IMG/VR virus record: IMGVR_UViG_3300031867_000021
Span: 1-64,000 of that record
Reading direction: 5' to 3' (one strand)
DNA: 64,000 bases
DNA from: a virus
Lineage: Duplodnaviria > Caudoviricetes
In this document: positions 10,219 to 19,589 of the stretch, in pieces
Layout of the letters: each line of letters begins with the position of its first letter
Numbering within the stretch: the stretch's first letter is position 1
Made by a program: the position numbers and the translations under genes
The notes under the pieces: generated by a model
Databases searched by the model: none
The model's input: the letters and a program-made list of their open reading frames with translations, nothing else
Told to the model about the DNA's origin: nothing

Positions 10219-10247
10219 CCAGCTTCCGGTCAGGGGCTCATACCAGA

Positions 10248-10661
10248 TTAGCCATCATCATCGGGGGAGCCGATTTCTGGCATTCCTTCTATTCTGACAT
10301 TGACGGCCTTCTCATCCTCGCCCCAGATCAGCGGCTTGGCAAAGGTCAAGCTATCATTCGCGGCCTTGTTGGCCAGCCACCCATTGTCATCTCTTATCTG
10401 AGACTTGATCTTCTTCAGGGCCTCCGAAGACATGGCAATGCTGATTCTCCTGATCTCATCTTTCCATATCTCATCGTACCAGGGCTTCCGACGCCAGCGG
10501 GACATTTGCATATCAGCGTTCCTAATGAGGTTATCTGCTGATACTCCAACTTCCAGACCGAAAACCTCTTTCAGGATTGCGGGCCTGCCTTCAGCCCTGG
10601 CTTCCATGCGAACGAACATGTCCTGCTTGACCGTCGCTTTCGGGGATCCTCGCTTCGGCAC
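10248..10661 (-). CDS. Probable terminase small subunit
   Basis: Upstream of terL; HTH-like N-terminal half; GTG start after AAAGGAGG. Confidence 0.6.
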   Translation of the reverse strand: MPKRGSPKATVKQDMFVRMEARAEGRPAILKEVFGLEVGVSADNLIRNADMQMSRWRRKPWYDEIWKDEIRRISIAMSSEALKKIKSQIRDDNGWLANKAANDSLTFAKPLIWGEDEKAVNVRIEGMPEIGSPDDDG

Positions 10662-10852
10662 TGTCTCGCCTCCTTTCAGCCGGACGTCGGGCACCCCCGG
10701 AGGGGTGTCTCATGCTCTAACGTTTATGTAATGGGTGTAAAAAAGAAGAGCAACCATAGAATACGCTCTAAGGTTGCTCCTGGTTAGATTTACCTCTAAT
10801 CCACCGATTGCATTATACCCCAAATCATGTGGTTTGTGTAGGCCTTAAATTT

Positions 10853-11266
10853 CTATTTCCCCATCAGCTTATCCAGCTCTCGCAGGGCATATCCTCGTGC
10901 CCTGTATACGCTTTTGCTGTCCTGATACTGCATGATCTCCGATATCTCCCGCATAGGCTTGCCGATAAAATAGTGATAAATCAGCACCTGCCTGAAGTTG
11001 AAAACGGGAATCCGATCTACCAGCGCTCTGGCCTCTTTAATCAGTTTGGCATAATCAGCCAGCTTCTGATCAATCTCCGTCGTGATATCAGCCATGCCTA
11101 CGGCTGCCGTCTCCACCCGACTATGGTTATCGTGGGCTCCAGGCATACCGGCGAAATTGGCGGCTAAAGCACCGCCTAAAGCCAGATAATGTTCCCTCTG
11201 CTCAGCCAGCAGTCTCATCTCCTGCTCAGCCTTCTGGACACTTTCCATGTATTCCTTAGCTCTCAT
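10853..11266 (-). CDS. Late transcriptional activator (RinA/ArpU/DUF1492-like, sigma-region-4-like HTH)
   Basis: RQVLIYHYF..KPMREISEIMQY...YRARGYAL; located just before the packaging genes. Confidence 0.75.
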   Translation of the reverse strand: MRAKEYMESVQKAEQEMRLLAEQREHYLALGGALAANFAGMPGAHDNHSRVETAAVGMADITTEIDQKLADYAKLIKEARALVDRIPVFNFRQVLIYHYFIGKPMREISEIMQYQDSKSVYRARGYALRELDKLMGK

Positions 11267-12617
11267 ACTTATCAATCCTCGCTTTCACCGCGTCGATCAG
11301 GGCATCCTGCCGTTCGGCCTTGCCCGTCAGAATTTTAACCACGCCTTCGTCTACCGTATCCTGTGCTACCAGATGATATATCTTGACCGGCTTATCCTGT
11401 CCCTGCCTGTACAGTCTGGCATTAGCCTGCTGATACAGCTCCAGAGACCACGTCAAACCGTACCACACCAGTATATGTCCTCCGCGCTGCAGATTCAGCC
11501 CGTGCCCGGCGCTGGCAGGATGTGCGATCAGCAGGGGAATCTGTCCGTCATTCCAGCGCTGTACCTCGTCATACCCCTTCAGCTGGACTGCCTGCGGAAA
11601 CCGCCTGCATATCCTCTCAGCATCGTGCTGATAACTGTAATACACCAGCACCGGCTCGCCGTTGGCCGCCTCAATCAGATCCTCCAGGGCATCCAGCTTG
11701 GTATCGTGCACCAACTGCCATTTATGATCCTCAGTATAAACCGCCCCATTTGATATCTGCAGGAGTTTTCCTGCCAGAACCGCCGCATTTTGTGCCGTGA
11801 TCGTCTCACCCCGCATCGGAAGGACTAAATCCTTTTCCAGCGTGTCGTAGGCTCTGCGGGCCTTTTCTGACAGCTTTACTGGGATTGTGATATCCACTCT
11901 GTCCGGCATCTGCAGATAATCCTCCGCTGTCATGCTCATACAGATATCCTTAATCCTGCCGTAAATCTCTGCTGATGCGCCCCGGATCGGCACCCAGTTG
12001 TACACCACATTTCCGCTTCTGTGGCCCGGGATGAACCACCTTTCCCGATAATGCCCGATGAATTTTCCAAGGCGCTCGCCCCTGTCCAGCAGATAGATCT
12101 GGCTCCACAAATCCAGCAAACCGTTAGGTGCCGGTGTACCGGTCAGTCCAACAATCCTCCTGACAGCAGGCAGCACTCGCCGAAGGGCCTTGAAACGCTC
12201 TGCTTTTGGGGACTTGAAACCGCTCAGCTCGTCGATCACCAGCATATCAAACGGCCAAACCTTAGTCTCGGCCTGATGATCCACAAGCCAGGCAACGTTC
12301 TCCCGGTTGATCACGTAAACGTCCGCATCTTTCCGAAGTGCCGCCTCCCGGTCTGTGCTGCTCCCAAGCACCTTCCTGATCCTCAGCCCCTGCAGATGAT
12401 CCCACTTCCGGGCCTCTTCGGCCCAGACCGTCATGGCGACCCGTAAAGGGGCGATCACCAGCACCTTTGAAACAGCAAAATCCTCAATCAGCTCCTTGAC
12501 TGCCGTCAGCGTGATCACAGTCTTGCCAAGCCCCATCTCCAGAAAGAGCCCGCACCGCTTATGATCCAGAATCCACTGCTTTGCCGCTTCCTGATATGGA
12601 TAAGGCCTGTAAAGCAT
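11256..12617 (-). CDS. SNF2-family helicase
   Basis: EMGLGKT, IDELS, LTGTP, SAGHGLNLQ and QANARLYRQGQ motifs. Confidence 0.93.
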   Translation of the reverse strand: MLYRPYPYQEAAKQWILDHKRCGLFLEMGLGKTVITLTAVKELIEDFAVSKVLVIAPLRVAMTVWAEEARKWDHLQGLRIRKVLGSSTDREAALRKDADVYVINRENVAWLVDHQAETKVWPFDMLVIDELSGFKSPKAERFKALRRVLPAVRRIVGLTGTPAPNGLLDLWSQIYLLDRGERLGKFIGHYRERWFIPGHRSGNVVYNWVPIRGASAEIYGRIKDICMSMTAEDYLQMPDRVDITIPVKLSEKARRAYDTLEKDLVLPMRGETITAQNAAVLAGKLLQISNGAVYTEDHKWQLVHDTKLDALEDLIEAANGEPVLVYYSYQHDAERICRRFPQAVQLKGYDEVQRWNDGQIPLLIAHPASAGHGLNLQRGGHILVWYGLTWSLELYQQANARLYRQGQDKPVKIYHLVAQDTVDEGVVKILTGKAERQDALIDAVKARIDKYES

Positions 12618-12897
12618 CCGCAATCACCTCTTCCTCCACAAAATCCAGCACCTGATCCCTGCCATACAGCGTCCGCACGTCCATGCCCAGCTCCTCCAGC
12701 CGTCGGTGTGTTTCCCGCTGCAGTGGAGACAGACGTCCTTTTTCCTGCTTAAGCTCCACAAAAATAACCCTGCCTCCCGGAAGCAAGACCAGCCTGTCAG
12801 GCACCCCCGCATTGCCGGGGCTCACCAGCTTGATGGCCCAGCCGCCTGCCTCTTTGATCCTCCTGCACAGCAGTTTCTCACTTCTTGACTCCAGCAT
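12559..12897 (-). CDS. VRR-NUC domain nuclease
   Basis: GVPDRLV...FVELK...GRLSPLQ. Confidence 0.9.
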   Translation of the reverse strand: MLESRSEKLLCRRIKEAGGWAIKLVSPGNAGVPDRLVLLPGGRVIFVELKQEKGRLSPLQRETHRRLEELGMDVRTLYGRDQVLDFVEEEVIADALQALSISGSGKAVDSGS

Positions 12898-13153
12898 CCA
12901 GCCTCGCCTCCCATCTGGCCCGCTTGGCCTGCATAACCTCCCGGACGTGCATCTTGCTGTAGCTGATCTGCTCCAGATACAGCATCACGTCCGCAATCTC
13001 CTCCTCGAACCTGTTGATTGCATCCTGTTCCGTCATAGGCGTCGGATTCACCCCGTCGAATACCCTCCTCAGTTTAAGAGCCGCCTGCCCCAGTTCACAG
13101 CATTCCTCTGATAATCCTGCCAGTAGTTCCACAAGTGGTAAATAGATTTTCAT
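12878..13153 (-). CDS. MazG-like nucleotide pyrophosphohydrolase
   Basis: EECCEL...EEIADV acidic motifs. Confidence 0.7.
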   Translation of the reverse strand: MKIYLPLVELLAGLSEECCELGQAALKLRRVFDGVNPTPMTEQDAINRFEEEIADVMLYLEQISYSKMHVREVMQAKRARWEARLDAGVKK

Positions 13154-13183
13154 CGTCTAAGCCTCCCGGTCGAAAAAAGGTCT

Positions 13184-13279
13184 GTGTAGGATGTGTTGCC
13201 TAATATACAAACTCTTTCTTATAAGGGATAATTTATAGACATGGAACGAACATTGGTATTTAAACGACACATCCTACAC
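13184..13279. other. Candidate replication origin
   Basis: 13-bp inverted repeats GTGTAGGATGTGT (13184-13196) and ACACATCCTACAC (13267-13279) flank an AT-rich core, immediately downstream of the primase gene. Confidence 0.45.
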
Positions 13280-13304
13280 TATCTGTACATCTAAGCACAT
13301 CGTG

Positions 13305-15734
13305 CTACGCATCTGTTTTCAGACGCAATCCGCGCCAGTATCTGGACTCGGCTGTTCTGAATTTCTGGTAGTCGTTATTCTCCAGAGCCTGCGCGAAGTC
13401 GCGAGCCCGCTTCGGGTGGATACCATTCTGCCCGGCCCACACTTGGTACGCTTGATACAGCTCTCCGGCCTGCACCTCATAGTCTTCGCTAACCTCGCAG
13501 ACATCTGTCACGAAGGTATTAAACCAGTCCTCTCCGTTCAGGTATTCTCCGGTTGCCTTCTTCACACATCGAGCCATCGGGAGCTTGCAGCCGTTCTCAT
13601 AGAATCTGACTGCGCCGTCTATTACCCATTGCAGGACGGCGGGCCCGCACTCCTTGAACAGCACTCCCTGGTAATCTGTGATCACCTGATCCGGAGGAAG
13701 TGTGGAAGGGAAGGGCGCGATGGCAATCCTTCTCTTTGTGCCTCCGTCCATGCTGCCTAGGCGGGGCAGGTGGTTGGTGTGCATGATCGTTGTGTGTGTC
13801 GGGATGAATTCCATCGGGTCTTTGTACAAAGCCCTTGCTGAGATCACGTCCCGGGATGTGATCCGCTTGAGCTGGGCATTGGACATATAAGCAGACTCCT
13901 CAGTCTCACCCAGCACTGCGAGCCGCACCCCGCGCAGAGCGGCGATATAGCTTTGATCAGGCCGGGAACCGGGAGACGGTGCCAGCACGTCGGCATTGAT
14001 GGCCTTGGCATAATCGCCAAACACGCTCTTGAGCACTCCGAAAAAGGTGCTTTTACCGTTGCCGCCTTTGCCGTAGCTGATAACCAGCCCCTCCTCATAT
14101 ACCTTGCCCACGGCAGCCATTCCGGCCAGCGTCTGCAGGTACTCCGCGAAATCCTCGTCTCCTCCGGTAATATGGTCAATAAAGTCTTCCCATTTGGCTT
14201 TACCCATCAGCCCCGGGGAGACTGCCGTGCACTTGGTGCACCTCGCCTTCGGGTTATGCGGGCCCAGCTCGCCAGTACGCAGGTCAATGATCCCGTCCGG
14301 GGTGTTCATGGCCCATGGGTCTGCGTCAAAGCTGTCAGTCCGTGGCTCGTCGGCGATACTTTTGAGGATCGTTGTCAGGTGGCTGATTCCCGGGGCTGTC
14401 CGGAGTCTGCAGACCGCTGCAAATTCCTTTTTGGCTGCCGCTGTCTCCTCCTTTGTGTCGGCCAGTGCCATCCGGGTCTGAGCGTTTCGGTACAGCACGT
14501 CGGTAAACTGCATCATGAGCATGGCCGCCTCGGCGTCGGCGTCCAGGAGCCACTTGGTGCCGTCCCAGAACATCCAGCCGAAGGCTTTGTTTCTCATCAC
14601 GCCATAGCCATAGGTGTCGGACATGAGCACGGACAGCCCTATCTCCGTCAGGTCACCCTTGAAGGCTTCCAGATCGGCACTCTTTTCAAACACACTTTCC
14701 GGCGTCAGGAGGACGCCTTCAGCCAGCTCAGCCCGTACCCGGTCGTCCGTCTGGCACATCTTTTTCATGGCGGCCACGCTTGGCAGGCTTCCGATGGGTT
14801 CCTGGCTGTCCTTGTCCAGCTCGCCGAAGAGATGGATCCGTACCATGTCAAAGGCATTGCAGAGCCGGTTGCTGATCGGGTCGGTGCTGTGGTGCGAGTA
14901 GATGAAAGTGTCGTTGTCATAGGTCGCCGCGCCGTTGGTCGTGGATCCTTTTGTGTATGTCCAGCGGCCTTCCGTCACCGGGCTGTAGACGTCTGGCAGG
15001 AATTTTTGGATAGCCTCCGTGATCGTGTAGGCCCGGTTGAAGGCTCCGACGATCCCTGGCTTGGTCAGGGGATCCCCCTGCACTTTGCCCATCTTGACGA
15101 CGGCCTCGGCCTGCCTGCTTGATGTAGGCCATGTCCGCATATCCTGCCAGTCATCATACATGGCGAGGATTTCGTCCGGATCGACCCATCCGGGGCCCGG
15201 ATGCACCTTGACGATGAACTCTCCGTCAGAGCACACTGACGGCCAGAACATGAGCCTGGAGGCCTCATAGGTCGTGTCATCAAAAGCGTCAATGTCGATC
15301 AGCTTGGCCAGCATCCGGGCGACGGGCTCATACTCTGCCGCCGAGACAGGCCGTGAGAGGGGAATGACAAACCTGAGCCTGGGCTGTTCCGGGGTGTGGC
15401 TGTGGCTGGTGTGCATCAGGCAGGCCTTGCCTACCATGATGTCCCACAAGTCCCACAGCCCCATATCCGCATAGTCCGCGTCCAGACAGATGAGCTGCCG
15501 GTCGGTGATATTCCCGGCCCGGCGCACCCCGCCCTCGATCCTGCCGCCGACGTACCCGCCGACGTCCTTGGCGTCCCCGCGCTGATCTTTGGTCATGGCA
15601 GCATATTCTGCCATTGTTTCATTGGTCACGACAGGAGTGGAGAGCTTCCGACAGAGCCGCTCCCAGCTCACCGTCTTGGGAACCCAGCGGGTGGCCCGCT
15701 TGGACTCACCCACTGAGATTGTGATATCAGGCAT
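13305..15734 (-). CDS. Primase-helicase, P4/D5 family (AEP-like N-terminus, SF3 helicase C-terminus)
   Basis: LDAD and HTSHSH primase motifs; D5_N (DADPWAMNTPDGIIDL); Walker A GKGGNGKST; TNHLP. Confidence 0.9.
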   Translation of the reverse strand: MPDITISVGESKRATRWVPKTVSWERLCRKLSTPVVTNETMAEYAAMTKDQRGDAKDVGGYVGGRIEGGVRRAGNITDRQLICLDADYADMGLWDLWDIMVGKACLMHTSHSHTPEQPRLRFVIPLSRPVSAAEYEPVARMLAKLIDIDAFDDTTYEASRLMFWPSVCSDGEFIVKVHPGPGWVDPDEILAMYDDWQDMRTWPTSSRQAEAVVKMGKVQGDPLTKPGIVGAFNRAYTITEAIQKFLPDVYSPVTEGRWTYTKGSTTNGAATYDNDTFIYSHHSTDPISNRLCNAFDMVRIHLFGELDKDSQEPIGSLPSVAAMKKMCQTDDRVRAELAEGVLLTPESVFEKSADLEAFKGDLTEIGLSVLMSDTYGYGVMRNKAFGWMFWDGTKWLLDADAEAAMLMMQFTDVLYRNAQTRMALADTKEETAAAKKEFAAVCRLRTAPGISHLTTILKSIADEPRTDSFDADPWAMNTPDGIIDLRTGELGPHNPKARCTKCTAVSPGLMGKAKWEDFIDHITGGDEDFAEYLQTLAGMAAVGKVYEEGLVISYGKGGNGKSTFFGVLKSVFGDYAKAINADVLAPSPGSRPDQSYIAALRGVRLAVLGETEESAYMSNAQLKRITSRDVISARALYKDPMEFIPTHTTIMHTNHLPRLGSMDGGTKRRIAIAPFPSTLPPDQVITDYQGVLFKECGPAVLQWVIDGAVRFYENGCKLPMARCVKKATGEYLNGEDWFNTFVTDVCEVSEDYEVQAGELYQAYQVWAGQNGIHPKRARDFAQALENNDYQKFRTAESRYWRGLRLKTDA

Positions 15735-15846
15735 ACTCAGTATCCTCCATATGTTCGCGGCATACCCACACCGGCACCCCGCGGATCCAGATGTACCCGA
15801 CGGCATCCCGGTCACGGAACATTCGGGCGCATAGTTCACAGATCAT
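15727..15846 (-). CDS. 39-aa CxxC...CxxH mini-protein
   Basis: Hand translation MICELCARMF...VCREHMEDTEYA; overlaps both neighbouring genes. Confidence 0.45.
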   Translation of the reverse strand: MICELCARMFRDRDAVGYIWIRGVPVWVCREHMEDTEYA

Positions 15847-16058
15847 TCTGCATCACCGCTTTCTCCGTCTGCACAGAACCAATCAGGTTTACACCATCCG
15901 TTGTGGAAGCAAACACTGTCTGAATTGTCGCACGCTTCTATGTCTTTATTCCAATAATTGCAATCCTTGCATAAAACCAACGGCTTCATTTCGAGCACGC
16001 AACCAGTTTTGTCCTTATCAAGTTTCGGGATCATTACCCACGCTTCAGATTCAGCCAT
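15843..16058 (-). CDS. Cys-rich hypothetical protein (CKDC...FCADGE family)
   Basis: ORF track; motif shared with 16065..16535. Confidence 0.6.
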   Translation of the reverse strand: MAESEAWVMIPKLDKDKTGCVLEMKPLVLCKDCNYWNKDIEACDNSDSVCFHNGWCKPDWFCADGESGDAE

Positions 16059-16064
16059 CCCACT

Positions 16065-16535
16065 TCACCGCCTTTCCCCGTCAGCACAATACCAATCATC
16101 AGTTGTCCAACGCTTGTGCAATTCACAATACCGATACAACTCACCATTTAACTCTGTCTCGTGTTTGTCAAGATGTTTCACGCAATCCTTGCATCTGACA
16201 ACAGGTTGTCTATCTTCAATGGCAATAGCGCAGTTTTCACAATTGTCCTGTTCTTTCAGCAGTTCTTCCTTTGTAGGCACCGGAGATAATTCCACACGTT
16301 TTTTCAGAATGTCGAGCCACCACTGATAGTTCAGCACAACAACGCCCTTCCCAAGAAATTTAACCGTAGACCCTTCCCGGCATCTGCGGATGATTTCCGC
16401 ATCTGCTTCCTGCTCTTTCAGCAGTTCCAGCTTTTTGCAAGCATCCTCAATCGTTTGAGCAAAATCTTCTCTTCCTATATTTGACAGATACAGACTTATT
16501 TCGGAAAGGCCATAAATAATATCATCACTTTTCAT
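16065..16535 (-). CDS. Modular hypothetical protein (two LLKEQ motifs plus CKDC...CADGE)
   Basis: ORF track; repeated motifs. Confidence 0.6.
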   Translation of the reverse strand: MKSDDIIYGLSEISLYLSNIGREDFAQTIEDACKKLELLKEQEADAEIIRRCREGSTVKFLGKGVVVLNYQWWLDILKKRVELSPVPTKEELLKEQDNCENCAIAIEDRQPVVRCKDCVKHLDKHETELNGELYRYCELHKRWTTDDWYCADGERR

Positions 16536-16546
16536 AATTACCTCAT

Positions 16547-16792
16547 TTATTGTTTGTTGTCATATTTTGCACAAAGCTTAGGATACTCTGGAATTGCACC
16601 CCTGCATCGTTTCACAAGCAAATCAGCAATTTTTTCCAGCCCTTCGAATAAATATCCTATGTCTGTATGTAAAGCGTAACCTTTAGAATCAACCCACATG
16701 CTGTTTGAACAAAACGATTCTTCATTGTTCAAATAGTCAATAAGTGTTTGCGCCGCTTTTAATGCCCTAACAGCTTTTTTGTCATTATTCAT
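16547..16792 (-). CDS. Hypothetical protein (AT-rich)
   Basis: ORF track; coupled to the upstream gene. Confidence 0.5.
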   Translation of the reverse strand: MNNDKKAVRALKAAQTLIDYLNNEESFCSNSMWVDSKGYALHTDIGYLFEGLEKIADLLVKRCRGAIPEYPKLCAKYDNKQ

Positions 16793-17054
16793 TCCATTTC
16801 ACCGCCTGTCCGCATTGATCGCAATACTTTTGTTTCTCATAGAAAAAGCATTTATGACACTTTGGGCACCTGTAAAGACGGTCGATTTCGTTCAGCACTT
16901 CTGCTTCCGGCTCAACCGCTTCCTGCTCTTTCAGCAAGGCAAGGACGGCTTTTGCCGTCTCTTGTACCTCGCTGTCGCTGTACCACTGCTGCCAGTCATC
17001 CTGCGTCAGCCCTTCCAAGCAGCCCATTACTGTCAATCTATCCATCATTCCCAC
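16785..17054 (-). CDS. LLKEQ plus zinc-ribbon hypothetical protein
   Basis: CPKC...YCDQCGQAVKW. Confidence 0.65.
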   Translation of the reverse strand: MGMMDRLTVMGCLEGLTQDDWQQWYSDSEVQETAKAVLALLKEQEAVEPEAEVLNEIDRLYRCPKCHKCFFYEKQKYCDQCGQAVKWNE

Positions 17055-17341
17055 TTCACCTCATGACCGCAATAACCGCAGTAATTGATTTCCTTGTCTG
17101 CCCTCTTTCTCGGCAATCTTTGACCACATTTTCCGCAATACACTTTTCCTTGGCTCCATGTTGGCTTCACGGGTTCCTGCTCTTTCAGCAGTATTTCTAC
17201 TTCTGTCTTTATCTGGTCTATGTAATCGCATAAACTGGAATACACATCCCAGTTGCCTGGGCTAACTACAGGATGAACGGTCACATCTGCGAACAAGCGC
17301 AAATCATCCAGATGAGTTATAACCACTTCTCTATCAGTCAT
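17045..17341 (-). CDS. LLKEQ plus zinc-ribbon hypothetical protein
   Basis: CGKC...YCGYCGHEVKW. Confidence 0.65.
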   Translation of the reverse strand: MTDREVVITHLDDLRLFADVTVHPVVSPGNWDVYSSLCDYIDQIKTEVEILLKEQEPVKPTWSQGKVYCGKCGQRLPRKRADKEINYCGYCGHEVKWE

Positions 17342-17597
17342 CCCACTTTACCGCCTTCCCACAATATGGGCAGAACCGTGTGCCAAGGTGCAATCTCTGC
17401 GCTCCCATTTCGATGCTTCTGTCCGTAGAGCACCACGGACAATAAGCATTTCCATACATGTCCGTTTTAACTTGCATCGGTTTCTGCTCTTTCAGCATGG
17501 AAAGCACATACTCTGCGTCTTCCTTTGAAAGACGAACATCCTTAAATTCTCCAGCCTCGTTTATGGCTGTTTCCAAAGTTAATTCTAAAAGAGTCAC
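17334..17597 (-). CDS. LKEQ plus zinc-ribbon hypothetical protein
   Basis: CPWC...FCPYCGKAVKW. Confidence 0.65.
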   Translation of the reverse strand: MTLLELTLETAINEAGEFKDVRLSKEDAEYVLSMLKEQKPMQVKTDMYGNAYCPWCSTDRSIEMGAQRLHLGTRFCPYCGKAVKWDD

Positions 17598-17603
17598 CCT
17601 ACT

Positions 17604-17966
17604 TCACCGCCTGTCCAGCTTCGGCAATTCTGGCCTATACATCCATGCCGTTATTTCTCTTATGTCTCGTCCGCTGTCGAGCATGATTCCATCGTCAACA
17701 CCGTCCACATAATCGTCAATCCAGATATCTTTCCCGTCTGTCATGAGATACTGCCCATCATCTCCCGGTAAGCCGTGAATAATACCGTCATCGTCCTCTG
17801 TGAGCAGATTCCACTCCTGCTCTTTCAGCAGTTCCAGCGCATCATCTATATATTTTATGCCGCTCTTACATCCAAGATTCCCGACAACGCCATCAGCTCG
17901 ATTGCTTCCCATCTCAAAAAACAACCTTGCGGCTTTCAGTTCCATGATAACCTTCTCTCTGTCCAT
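17604..17966 (-). CDS. LLKEQ plus DUF551-like hypothetical protein
   Basis: LP...G.YL...ITAWM..PE.P pattern. Confidence 0.55.
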   Translation of the reverse strand: MDREKVIMELKAARLFFEMGSNRADGVVGNLGCKSGIKYIDDALELLKEQEWNLLTEDDDGIIHGLPGDDGQYLMTDGKDIWIDDYVDGVDDGIMLDSGRDIREITAWMYRPELPKLDRR

Positions 17967-17971
17967 TCACT

Positions 17972-18130
17972 TCATCGACCTTCCGTTATATCTTTTGATA
18001 CACATTCCCATCCAATGAGTTCTACCTCGCTAATCGGTTCAAAATCGAATAATTCTTCCATTCTTTTTTCTGCTTCTTCTTCTGTTTCGCCCTCAACCCA
18101 TAAATCAATATTGAATTTGAAATGTGCCAT
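17972..18130 (-). CDS. 52-aa acidic hypothetical protein
   Basis: Hand translation MAHFKFNIDLWVEGETEEEAEKR...EGR; bounded by the array junction motif. Confidence 0.5.
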   Translation of the reverse strand: MAHFKFNIDLWVEGETEEEAEKRMEELFDFEPISEVELIGWECVSKDITEGR

Positions 18131-18149
18131 TCACTTCACCGACCTTCCT

Positions 18150-18284
18150 TCATTCTTTGTCCACAAGAACACAAAGAAATTCTTTTGTGTTATCAAAGCC
18201 TACCGCTATATAACCAGTTCCTTCCAACGCATCGTTGATCTTGTTGAGGATTTCAGCTATGTCTTCTTGCCTTATGTCACTCAT
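18150..18284 (-). CDS. 44-aa hypothetical protein
   Basis: MSDIRQEDIAEIL...; start re-assigned to follow the junction motif. Confidence 0.45.
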   Translation of the reverse strand: MSDIRQEDIAEILNKINDALEGTGYIAVGFDNTKEFLCVLVDKE

Positions 18285-18289
18285 TGCTC

Positions 18290-18631
18290 TCACCGACCTT
18301 CCGACATATCTGCGCCACAGTTTGGACAGAACGAATAGCAAGCTGTTTGTCCATCCTGTGAAACACCGCATTGGCTGCATTTCATCCAACTGTGTCCATT
18401 TGTGTTTCCGAAAATCCAATGCCCTTTTTCGCGCTGATGTTCAAGAAAACGAATTTGTGCTTCATGCTCTTTCATCGTTCTCACTGCGTTGTAAAACCCG
18501 CGATCATAAGCGTTATGTACAGCCTCACAGATTTCATCACTTACAGCATCCATGCAGAAACCGCCGACCGGAGAGCAGTTCCCAAGATTCCCACGCATTG
18601 GGCAATCTTTTCTCATATCTGGATCATACAT
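18290..18631 (-). CDS. Zinc-ribbon hypothetical protein (GHW...CSQCG...FCPNCGADM)
   Basis: Motif typical of Firmicutes phage accessory genes. Confidence 0.65.
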   Translation of the reverse strand: MYDPDMRKDCPMRGNLGNCSPVGGFCMDAVSDEICEAVHNAYDRGFYNAVRTMKEHEAQIRFLEHQREKGHWIFGNTNGHSWMKCSQCGVSQDGQTACYSFCPNCGADMSEGR

Positions 18632-18773
18632 CCCATTTCACCGTCTTTTACCAACATTTACAGAAACTGCAGACATCTGACATGTTCTCTGTCTTTCGCC
18701 CATTAATCGCTTTTTTGACGTTTTATCCTCTGATTTTGCATTTTTTCTGCAAAAAGCGGGGTTAAACCGTGTT

Positions 18774-19082
18774 CTAAACAGCCTTTTCTGTTTTGCTGGC
18801 CTGATTTGTCATTCCCGGACCTTCCTTTTCCACGATCGCGGTTGCATACTCGTCATTCACGAGCTTCTCCAACGTGTACAGAGCTTTCATATCCTGATAC
18901 ATCATGTTCCATGTGTCATGCACCTGACCAAGCCCAACCATTTCAGGGTATTTTTCCGCGCTGAATGCCTTTTCCCATTTTGACCAAACCGCACCAGCTA
19001 AATGCTGAAGCGCAATTCCGCATTCCATTTCCTGTTCCTGACTCCACGCCATGCCCCAATTTTCATCAGCCTTTTTGCTCAT
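18774..19082 (-). CDS. Hypothetical protein
   Basis: ORF with RBS GAGGAG. Confidence 0.5.
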   Translation of the reverse strand: MSKKADENWGMAWSQEQEMECGIALQHLAGAVWSKWEKAFSAEKYPEMVGLGQVHDTWNMMYQDMKALYTLEKLVNDEYATAIVEKEGPGMTNQASKTEKAV

Positions 19083-19085
19083 CCG

Positions 19086-19589
19086 TCAATCCTCCTCTGG
19101 ATAGATCGTTATATCCAAATGTCTGCCAAGAAAACGGAGCCCATAATCCGTCAAGCTATACCACGCTTGCTTTCCTTCCTCTTCCGGCTCGTGTTTCCTG
19201 ATGATTCCGAGTGCCCCGCTGAAGTAGTCCAGATATTTGTTGTTTCCTGCCCAATAGTTCCGATACGGCTTATAAAAAATCTTTCCGTGCCGCTTATAGG
19301 CATGGCGCACGCCTTCCGGCCACATTCCGATCATGTGCATCATGTTCTCAAGCACTTTCTTGAGATCCCAACCTTTGTTCCTGAAGTCATCCTCCACACC
19401 CATGTCTGTCCCCATGTCGCCGAGATAATTTGAATATTCTTCCTGGAACCGGTCGAGCTGCTTCCGGGTAAACCTGCAGCCATAGCTCCCATCCTTGAAG
19501 GTTCTCTGGTCCTCTTCTGACGCGAAGCATTCAGGATAATCCCCGGCCTCGCTTCGCTCCGGTTCATATGGACATTTGAAACACTTCAT
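19086..19589 (-). CDS. Hypothetical protein (HAYKRHG..FYKPYRNY family)
   Basis: ORF track; start re-assigned to MKCFKC. Confidence 0.55.
   Translation of the reverse strand: MKCFKCPYEPERSEAGDYPECFASEEDQRTFKDGSYGCRFTRKQLDRFQEEYSNYLGDMGTDMGVEDDFRNKGWDLKKVLENMMHMIGMWPEGVRHAYKRHGKIFYKPYRNYWAGNNKYLDYFSGALGIIRKHEPEEEGKQAWYSLTDYGLRFLGRHLDITIYPEED

Noticed and set aside
15843-18650. Recurring short motifs as a CRISPR array
   Set aside because: Irregular spacing of hundreds of bp, motifs are coding, and there are no cas genes
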